Assembly (NCBI GenBank): GCA_022844165.1
Contig: JALHMH010000024.1
Location: 11,157 to 75,156, forward strand
Direction: 5' to 3'
Length of the DNA stretch: 64,000 nt
Source: Lysobacterales bacterium
GTDB lineage: Bacteria > Pseudomonadota > Gammaproteobacteria > Xanthomonadales > SZUA-5
The first letter of the stretch is position 1, and the number at the start of each line of letters is the position of its first letter. The translations under genes were made by a program, and so were the position numbers. The notes beneath the pieces are model-generated. The model made no database searches. It saw only the letters and a program-made list of their open reading frames with translations, and was not told where the DNA came from. Shown here one piece after another: positions 57,901 to 64,000 of this stretch.

Positions 57901-58179
57901 TTCAGCGAATTCGGCGCCGACGCGCCGCGCACTTTCCGCGCTGCCAAGACCGTGCGCTGGAGCGCGGACTATCAGGCATGGCTCTACGAGCAGAATCTGG
58001 CGCTGTTCGACACCATGCCCGAACTCGACGGTATCAGCCCATGGATACTGAAAGACTTCAAGGCCCCGCGGCGTTGGCACGGGAGATTTCAGGATTACTG
58101 GAATCGCAAGGGTCTGATCGACGAAACCGGGCAAAGAAAGCCGTCGTTCGAGACGCTGCGAAGATGGTATGAGCGCTAG
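54967..58179 (+). CDS. secreted fusion: N-terminal (alpha/alpha)-barrel glycosidase/epimerase-like domain plus GH2 beta-glucuronidase-like domain
   Basis: repeated L...Y..TG...YL.AA helix hairpins; then LDGTWKYIVDPY, DWFNYGGLTR, RLAHYPH, WSVANE, SEFG, WNRKGL; start uncertain (54952-55168). Confidence 0.82.
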   Translation: MIQERGHEGTRARVQVRSEAVVLFGQNRRMSMRSSDCRSTLRLPPCPRALVPSRFGESLRTSARLVAMFLLAVCWSASGAQVPAESVHNTIVDQARYASRVALDENGAARGDFDLVRGTWQPYETAWHTGQLVLGLLAAYERTGETEFLDAAQRGGEWWMAQEIKDGPLKGMLNAAHGDRLGPLINFTTLSDGSAGLYALTAVTGNRAYADVATRAARFTLERMYLPESGLIYNILDPSDGSLWTDRSPHHATRPASLYQVARPNIEGSLYLDAYAHSQQADFRQAFLRTLDSAVERQHANGFWMDFEPNDPARGQVHPRFNLWYAEALLRGYDFTEEQRYLDAALKTLRATQRLIDASGAMHYDNLDVRYAEDAAEAKLSDATDYAIRRESITGSASAFAGLLMLEAKRLTQTAEFDADIEAIAGWLIAHRYPSDHANPQLAGSALEIRRRNAGHQIELRARPIATAFSLRFLAAYAQAHAHPKPGAEVGFALPLTQLDSRRTQRLDGTWKYIVDPYQIALNKPRPPRRSLHLDERADASENPLIEYEWDSAREIEVPSDWNTAVPALAWYEGMLWYRTTFEAERRSGERQFLYFEGANYLTRVWLNGQPLGEHEGGFTPFQFEATAYLREGKNSLVVAVDSTRRKTGIPSLDFDWFNYGGLTRSVHLVHVPDTFIATLRVAMTGEQRGTGGELMARVEGPSKAGARLRFAIPELKIAVDAVADEAGIARTKVKLPRATRWSPGSPRLYEVQAALGDHVVRDRVGLRTIAVCGNDLCLNGEKVFLRGISVHEERLGSGGGRVRNTTEARALLEKSKALGANFVRLAHYPHSEAMVRAADEMGLMVWSEIPVYWDEVQYANPDTLALARRMQAVNIDRDYNRASVILWSVANETSITPARNAFLRRLIADARGQDGTRPITAALNKAQQVGNEIRVADPLGADLDVIAVNQYEGWYGARSPADIPSLTFASNYDKPFVFSEFGADAPRTFRAAKTVRWSADYQAWLYEQNLALFDTMPELDGISPWILKDFKAPRRWHGRFQDYWNRKGLIDETGQRKPSFETLRRWYER
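54978..55128. repeat. GAGGGCAC-octamer variant of the palindromic element
   Basis: (GAGGGCAC)3GAG ... CCCGTGCCCTCGTGCCCTCGTGCCCTCGC; in frame with the glycosidase N-terminus. Confidence 0.85.
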
Positions 58180-58271
58180 TGAGATTCACCGGCGGTTTGT
58201 CGCTCGGCGCTTTCACTTTCGATACCGTTACAACTCAAAGTGCCGTGCTCTGTCGAGACCCACAACCGCCA

Positions 58272-59465
58272 ATGCTCACTGACCTGTTCCACACTGCCGT
58301 TGACAGCGCCGGTCCGGCGCGTGCGCTGAGCGCACACTGGCCAGATATCGATGCCCCGAAGGTTCTCGCGCTCGGTAAAGCGGCCGTGCCAATGGCGCGC
58401 GCCGCGATTGCGCGTTATGGCCATCGCGCCCAAGGTATATGCATATCTCCGCACGGCGACGCATTCGAAGCAAGCGGCTGGCGGCACATCGTTGCCGGAC
58501 ACCCGTTGCCCGATGTGGAATCGCTGCATGCGGGCGCTGCGGCGCTGAAATTCGTGTCGGAATTGCACGGCACAGAGCACTTGCTGGTGTTGATTTCTGG
58601 CGGCGGTTCGGCGCTGATGGAATGTCCGATCAACGCCTTTGCCGTGCATGTGGCGATTCAGAGCGCGCTGCTGGACAGCGGATTGCCGATTGACGCGATC
58701 AACGCTGTGCGCGTGCGCCTGAGCGCCGTGAAGGGAGGTCGACTCTTGGCCGCGACGCGGGCTCAAGTCACCACGCTGGCGATTTCTGACGTACCCGGCG
58801 ATGCGCTGCATTGGATCGCCTCCGGGCCCACCGTGCCGTGGCGCCACAGCGAAAGCGATGTGGTCGCCCAACAATGGCTGTCGCAGCATTGGCCGGATGT
58901 CAAGACGCACGCGCCGCCGCAACCTGACACGCCGAATGAGGCGATTGTCATCGCTTCACCGCGGCTTGCGCTCGATGCTGCAGCTGCGCGCGCACGCACG
59001 CTCGGCCACACGGTTTCGAATCTCGGCGCTGAGTTGAGTGGCGATGCCATCGAGCTCGGCTATGCACATGCACAGCTCGCGCTCCAGGCGCATCGTCGCG
59101 GCGAGCGCCTGGTATTGATGTCGGGCGGTGAGACCACCGTATCGCCTGGCCCAGTGCGTGGCCGCGGTGGGCGCAACCAAACCTACTTGTTGGCGCTAAT
59201 GGCGGCCATAAAGGAAACGCAGGGAATTGCAGCGCTGGCAGCCGATACCGACGGCATCGACGGCACCGGCCCAGCAGCCGGCGCCTGGTTCGACGAACGC
59301 ACGTTCGCCAGAGCGTCGCAGCTGGGACTCAATGCTGCAAGCGCCCTGGCGAGCTGGGATGCGGGTGGGTATTTCGCAGCACTAGGACAAACGGTCGACA
59401 CTGGGCCGACCGGCACAAACGTTAACGATTTCCGCGCGATCGCTATCGGGTCATCGCGCGATTGA
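58272..59465 (+). CDS. glycerate 2-kinase/hydroxypyruvate reductase family (DUF4147 + MOFRL)
   Basis: GKAA..MA, AGHP.PD, LISGGGSAL, SDVPGD, IASGPT, GGETTV, GGRNQ, DTDGIDG, TGPTGTNVND; alternative GTG start at 58179. Confidence 0.92.
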   Translation: MLTDLFHTAVDSAGPARALSAHWPDIDAPKVLALGKAAVPMARAAIARYGHRAQGICISPHGDAFEASGWRHIVAGHPLPDVESLHAGAAALKFVSELHGTEHLLVLISGGGSALMECPINAFAVHVAIQSALLDSGLPIDAINAVRVRLSAVKGGRLLAATRAQVTTLAISDVPGDALHWIASGPTVPWRHSESDVVAQQWLSQHWPDVKTHAPPQPDTPNEAIVIASPRLALDAAAARARTLGHTVSNLGAELSGDAIELGYAHAQLALQAHRRGERLVLMSGGETTVSPGPVRGRGGRNQTYLLALMAAIKETQGIAALAADTDGIDGTGPAAGAWFDERTFARASQLGLNAASALASWDAGGYFAALGQTVDTGPTGTNVNDFRAIAIGSSRD

Positions 59466-59625
59466 TCGATCGAACGGCAGCGACTGGACGCTGTCGAAAT
59501 CGTGCGGTTCGACCGGCTTCACTTCTTCCGTCCGACAACCAGGCAAAGGCCGACGGCGATAGACGTCGCTCTGAGCGACTGCACCCGACGCTATCATCGG
59601 CGCACAGTTCGAGGAGGAGGGTGCC

Positions 59626-60186
59626 TTGACCCACGACGATACTGACTTGACCGAGCAGCTCAACGCCGCACGCGCTGGCGATCGTCGTGCCGCTGACGAT
59701 GCTCTCTCGCAGGTGTATCAAGAACTCAAGCAGATGGCGCGTGGTGTTTTGCGTGGCAACCCGCTGACGCTGAACCCGACTTCGCTGGTGCACGATGCAT
59801 TCTTGAAGCTGATGCCGGAGTCGGACCGGGTATTTGCCAATCGTGAGCACTTCTTCAAGTCCGCAGCGCGCGCGATGCGACAAATTGTCGTCGATCACGC
59901 GCGCAGCAAGTCCGCCGACAAACGCGGTGGTCACTGGGTCCGGACGGAATTGACCGATGGCCTCGCATCGGGCGACGAAGATCGCGTCGATGTGCTGGCC
60001 TTGGACGCGGCGTTGAGTCGGTTGCAGGCGCGCGACGCCGAATTGGCCGAAGTCATCGAGGCGTATTTTTTTGCCGGATTCACCTTCGATGAGATCGCGC
60101 AAATGCGCAATAGCAGCGAGCGCAGCGTGCGCCGGCAGTGGGACGTAGCGCGCCTGTTTTTGGTCAAGGAACTACAGGCGTCCTGA
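59626..60186 (+). CDS. ECF sigma factor, TIGR02999/ECF43-like
   Basis: VY.ELK.MAR, TLNPTSLVHDA.LKL, R.HFF..AARAMRQI.VD.AR.....KRGG; RBS GAGGAGG before TTG. Confidence 0.92.
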   Translation: MTHDDTDLTEQLNAARAGDRRAADDALSQVYQELKQMARGVLRGNPLTLNPTSLVHDAFLKLMPESDRVFANREHFFKSAARAMRQIVVDHARSKSADKRGGHWVRTELTDGLASGDEDRVDVLALDAALSRLQARDAELAEVIEAYFFAGFTFDEIAQMRNSSERSVRRQWDVARLFLVKELQAS

Positions 60187-60314
60187 GGGATGCCGGAATT
60201 CCCGCGATCTTGCGTTTGGCTTATCTGATCTCGTCTTCATCGGACACACGCAATCGCCCACGGTATCCGACGAGCCGCTTGTCGCGGTCGTTTACGCCGT
60301 AAGGCGAATCCGGG

Positions 60315-62213
60315 TCATTCGAAGCTATCGATCAGCAGCGTATCGCTGGTTTCCACAGCGCCGATGTCAACGCCGGATTCTTGCACGCGTGGTGCGCCGC
60401 GCTGGTCGACAAAAGGCGGATCGCCGTACAGCGGTGCGAGCACGACCTGGCTGCCGGCATTGCGTAGCGGGCTGTTGGCCGCCGGCAAAAAATTCGGCGT
60501 GCTGCCGCCGTTGTTCGCCAACGCCGCCAGCACTGGGTTGGTGTTGTTCAAGTTGCCGTTGCCGGCCGACAGGCTGCCGTCGAGGCTCAGACTGGTGGCG
60601 GACGAGAACGTGCCCTGATTGCGGATCTGGCCTTGCGGGGAGGTGTTGGCGACCACCGAATTGATCATCACCAGACTTGCGCCGGTGCGATTGTCGATGG
60701 CGAAATTAGCGGCGTTGGGGGTTGCAGTGAAGTTGCTGGCAATGGTTGTGTTGTACAGATTAAGTTCAGCGCCTGCACCTTGATTGACCACCGTGCCTGG
60801 TGCGCCGACGATGGTGACGCCATTGTTGGCGATGGTGGTGTTGACCACCTCGGCATCGCCGGCGTTGAGCAACGCTGGGCCAAGCGCGCCGGTGTTGCCC
60901 GTGATCGCGCTGCCGCGAAGACGCAGGATGCCGCCGGCCTGATTGACGATGCCGCCACCGACGTTGTTGCGCACGTGCAAATCGACGCCGAGCAGCGTGC
61001 CAGCGTTAACCAGCCCTGCGGCCTGGCCTTGTGCAATCGCCAAGCCCGATAGCGAGGCCGTGACGCCACTAGCCACTTCGATCACCGGCACCGTTCCGGA
61101 GAATCGCCGGAGTTCCAGCCGATCCGGACCAGGCCCGATCACGTGCACGTTGGTGTTCAGTTCCAAGGTGTCGAGTAGCAGCATCTGGCCGGTTAACCCC
61201 GGCGCGAATCGAATCGTACTGTTCGGCGCCAGTTCCGCTTGCGCGAGCGCCTGGCGCAAACTGCCCGTGCCGGCATCGTTCAAGTTTTCCACCGTCAGGT
61301 TTTGCGGCGGAAAGAACGGAAAGCGCGTGCAGGCATCCAGGCTCAGCGTGTAGTTGGTGCTCGCAGAATTCGGGTTGACTTCGTGCACCACCAGGTCGAA
61401 TGCGGCGTTGGCGCGCAGGGTGAGCGACATATTGGTTGCGGAGTCGTCGTCGGCCGTCGAGGAGCCGGGATCGGCCAGATAGTTGGCCTGAATATCGTTT
61501 GGGTTGAAGCTGCTGTAAGCCACCATAAAGTGAGTTGCGCCGTCGGCGCGCAATTGCACGGTGACGCATTGATCGAAGGCGCGTCGCGAGCTGATCCGGA
61601 AGCGATGAAAACGCCGGACGCCGGGGAAGGGGCTGATGTCCGGGAGCTGGCTGGGGGTTGCGCATGTCGCTGCCGGCGGGAGGCGATCCAGGCGCGCGTT
61701 CATCGTGCCCGAACTGATGTCGACGTCTTCCACGTTCTGCGGAACGACGCCCGTCACCACGTTGCCGGTAAAGCGCAGCGCACAGGCCGGGCAGGTCAAA
61801 GGCCAGTTGCGAATTTGCGTTTGCCCATCGACGCTGGTGCCGCAACTCAGCGTGGCTTGCGCGTTGGTCTGCGCCGATGTGCAACTGAGTGGGATGGTCT
61901 GCGTGCCGCTGCTGCTGGATACGTTTAGGTTCACGCCCGTCACACTGGCGAAAGCGGCTGCACCCGACCCGGTGATCGCGCAGTGCTGCACGCCGCCCGT
62001 GGTGCCCGCCGCAAAGTTCACCGGGCGAACCAGCAACGCGTCGGAGCGCGTGGAACCCACCTGAGAGCGAACGCCCGACTGGAACAACAACTGCGGAAAT
62101 TCGTCGGTCGGATCGGGCACCAGCTCCAGCGACGGTAATTGCGCCAAAGCCGGCAAGGGTGTGAGCAAGGCAAGCGCAAAAACACCTGCCGCCGCGAGAA
62201 TGAAGCTGCGCAT
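60315..62213 (-). CDS. secreted choice-of-anchor Q/beta-helix repeat protein
   Basis: signal MRSFILAAAG, V.NLND.GTGSLRQAL, NTTIA.N repeats, LANNGG.TP...P..SP, DQRG.PR, DIGAVE, C-terminal DTLLIDSFE. Confidence 0.85.
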   Translation of the reverse strand: MRSFILAAAGVFALALLTPLPALAQLPSLELVPDPTDEFPQLLFQSGVRSQVGSTRSDALLVRPVNFAAGTTGGVQHCAITGSGAAAFASVTGVNLNVSSSSGTQTIPLSCTSAQTNAQATLSCGTSVDGQTQIRNWPLTCPACALRFTGNVVTGVVPQNVEDVDISSGTMNARLDRLPPAATCATPSQLPDISPFPGVRRFHRFRISSRRAFDQCVTVQLRADGATHFMVAYSSFNPNDIQANYLADPGSSTADDDSATNMSLTLRANAAFDLVVHEVNPNSASTNYTLSLDACTRFPFFPPQNLTVENLNDAGTGSLRQALAQAELAPNSTIRFAPGLTGQMLLLDTLELNTNVHVIGPGPDRLELRRFSGTVPVIEVASGVTASLSGLAIAQGQAAGLVNAGTLLGVDLHVRNNVGGGIVNQAGGILRLRGSAITGNTGALGPALLNAGDAEVVNTTIANNGVTIVGAPGTVVNQGAGAELNLYNTTIASNFTATPNAANFAIDNRTGASLVMINSVVANTSPQGQIRNQGTFSSATSLSLDGSLSAGNGNLNNTNPVLAALANNGGSTPNFLPAANSPLRNAGSQVVLAPLYGDPPFVDQRGAPRVQESGVDIGAVETSDTLLIDSFE

Positions 62214-62269
62214 ACCACCGTTCCTGAATAGTCGAATCCTCTGCTTATCGACGAAACGGGGCAAGAACT

Positions 62270-62880
62270 GCCATGCGGCAGGCGATTTTCCGGCAGCGAT
62301 GGAATGGCTGGAACGTTGCCTTGCGGTGCGCGAGAGGAATCTTAGTTCCAGTAACGTTCTGACATTGAACGCACTGCACCAACGCGCGCGCCTGCACCTG
62401 CGCTTACGCGATACAGCCGCGGCGTTGCGCGACGCGCAAGCGGCATTCTCGGCGCGCAACGAGAAGTTCGGAGCGGCGCATGTCGACACCATCGAGAGCG
62501 CGATTCTGCTGGCCGTGGTCCGCAGCGCGATCTCGGCGCGCGCGGCGGAACTCGACGATGTTTACGGGCGATGGTTGCCGGCGCTGATCGACGCGCGCGG
62601 CCCGTCGGCGCTCGTGGCGCGAGCCGTTGCGCTGCTCGCCGAGTACGATCCCGATTCTGCGCGCCTGCTGGAAACGATCGAGTTGCAGCAACCCTACGTC
62701 GACCGCCATCGCTTCCTCGCAGCCTGGTTATCGCTTCTAAAGGTCGAACGCCAGACGGCGTCGTCGCATGCGCACTCGCCCACGCGCGAAGCCCTCATCG
62801 CGCAATGGCAGTGGCTGCGCGTTAGCCAGCATCCGAACTCGCCGCGCTTGGAACGGATCGACACGTTGTTGGCGAGATGA
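62270..62880 (+). pseudogene. C-terminal TPR fragment, probably the remnant of a Ser/Thr kinase-TPR gene
   Basis: A...LERCLAVRERNL...NVLTL and A..R..KFG..HVDT TPR repeats; no kinase motifs and no convincing start. Confidence 0.55.
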
Positions 62881-62946
62881 GCTGATGGATCGATCCTCGA
62901 TAACAGCTTCTGTCCGGTTCTGCCCAAACATCTGCGGCGACCAAGC

Positions 62947-63627
62947 TCAGAAAGGCTTCACCGCACCCAGGAACCCGACACCCGCGATGCCCGTCCAATA
63001 TACGTACGCGAGGCGACGCCCGAAAGCCAGCGAGCGCGCGAGCCGATCTTCGATCGCTGGCGTCGAGCCCTCGCTGGCGATGCGACGAAACAGCGTGGTC
63101 CATTCGCGCATGATGAAGCGCAGCAACAAACCGATGATCAGCAGCAGGCCGTAGATCAGGATCTTGGCGGAAAACCAGCGCATGCCTTCTGGCGCGTTGA
63201 ACGGACCGTGGCCGAGCAATGAGCTGATCGCGGCGAGGATCAGCAGCGGGATCAGCACGAAACGCACCGCTTCATCGATCTTGGTCAGGCGAATGCCGAG
63301 GTCTGTTTCGCGACAAACGAAGGCGCCCCAGCACAATCCGAGCCACGAAGCGGTGAGTAACCACATTGCGGTCAGGAAGTGTCCGCCGTGGGGTTGCACC
63401 GTCCAAAGATGACCCATATGCAGCCCAATCGGCAGCAGCAGAATGATGCCGGTGCGTGCCAGGATATCGATGCGATAAGCGGTCTCGAGGTGCCGGCGAC
63501 GCTCGTCCAGGCTCAAGGTGCGGTCGATGACATTGCGCGAAGTCTGGAACACACCCCACTCGCCGCCGAGCCAATAGACCATCGCCAGGATATGCAGCCA
63601 GCGCAGTACCGCCAGTTCCGCAACCAT
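62947..63627 (-). CDS. hypothetical multi-pass membrane protein
   Basis: LRWLHILAMVYWLGGEWG, several hydrophobic segments, ends GAVKPF; RBS GGGAGG before ATG 63627. Confidence 0.8.
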   Translation of the reverse strand: MVAELAVLRWLHILAMVYWLGGEWGVFQTSRNVIDRTLSLDERRRHLETAYRIDILARTGIILLLPIGLHMGHLWTVQPHGGHFLTAMWLLTASWLGLCWGAFVCRETDLGIRLTKIDEAVRFVLIPLLILAAISSLLGHGPFNAPEGMRWFSAKILIYGLLLIIGLLLRFIMREWTTLFRRIASEGSTPAIEDRLARSLAFGRRLAYVYWTGIAGVGFLGAVKPF

Positions 63628-63664
63628 CGCCGCGCCCTCCCGATGCGAGCTTGAGGTGGTTTCG

Positions 63665-63901
63665 CTAGTGTGGTGTTCCGCAATTAAGTTGAACAATATT
63701 TCCGATGGATTTCGGCGTCAGGCAAGGCGCGACCAGGGTGAAAGTCGGTGGCCTTCGCGGCATGCCGCGAGCCGACTTGAACGACCGGCGGCTGCGCCGC
63801 CGGGCCGGACGACATAGCTCTTCTATGGCGACGAGAAGCAACGCTGCAAGGGGTCGAAAGACGCGGAAATAGTTCAAGGTAATTACGGAACACCACACTA
63901 G
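63665..63901. mobile_element. MITE family C with IS630-like terminal inverted repeats
   Basis: CTAGTGTGGTGTTCCGCAATTAAGTTGAACAATATTTCCG ... CGGAAATAGTTCAAGGTAATTACGGAACACCACACTAG. Confidence 0.88.
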
Positions 63902-64000
63902 TGTGGTGTCCCAAAAATAACTACCATTAAATAGTAATCAATTTCCCTGCCGCACGAGCTACCGCTTCGATGATCGCATCGGCGCTCTTGCGCCAGATGA
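63898..64000 (-). mobile_element. right end of a probable IS630-family element; transposase C-terminus at 63927-64000
   Basis: manual translation IWRKSADAIIEAVARAAGKLITI* matches the IS630 C-terminal W.K.AD.I motif; terminus CTAGTGTGGTGTCCC matches the MITE ends; truncated by the window edge. Confidence 0.72.

Noticed and set aside
60190-60228. Short ORF or ECF-type promoter (GCCGGAATT...CGTT) after the sigma gene
   Set aside because: Only 12 codons, spacing is ambiguous and no sense-strand gene follows

Overview
GC-rich bacterial chromosome segment. Gene content (folB/tsaD, GumN, a TonB-dependent carbohydrate locus, an ECF43-type sigma factor) suggests a Xanthomonadales/Rhodanobacteraceae-like gammaproteobacterium; this is an inference. 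The left half (1-30 kb) is mostly housekeeping and accessory genes: glmU, a four-gene Anbu operon (ATP-grasp, alpha-E, transglutaminase, Anbu protease), folK/folB, tsaD, ugd-uxs-rfaH, gltBD, a CHASE4 hybrid kinase, a secreted beta-helix protein and a tricorn protease. About 30.4-59.5 kb is a probably GntR-regulated hexuronate/uronic-acid glycan utilisation locus: TonB receptor, TRAP and SSS transporters, GH28, GH2, an (alpha/alpha)-barrel-GH2 fusion, kdgK, manD, uxaC, uxuB, uxaA, glycerate kinase and two enolase-superfamily enzymes with Tat signals. The right end has an ECF sigma factor without an adjacent kinase, a TPR remnant, a MITE and the 3' end of a probable IS630 transposase. The most unusual signal is non-coding. 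Many gene junctions in the sugar locus carry hairpin insertions (GTGG-type REPINs or GGGCACG-heptamer palindromes), and each is crossed by a short open frame that starts on or near the upstream stop codon and ends on or near the downstream start, or is fused in frame. One such junction is amplified four times as a ~237-bp tandem array. Several MITE families share internal modules and abut stop codons at CTAG/CTAA. Products are assigned from motif recognition only; no database searches were run.
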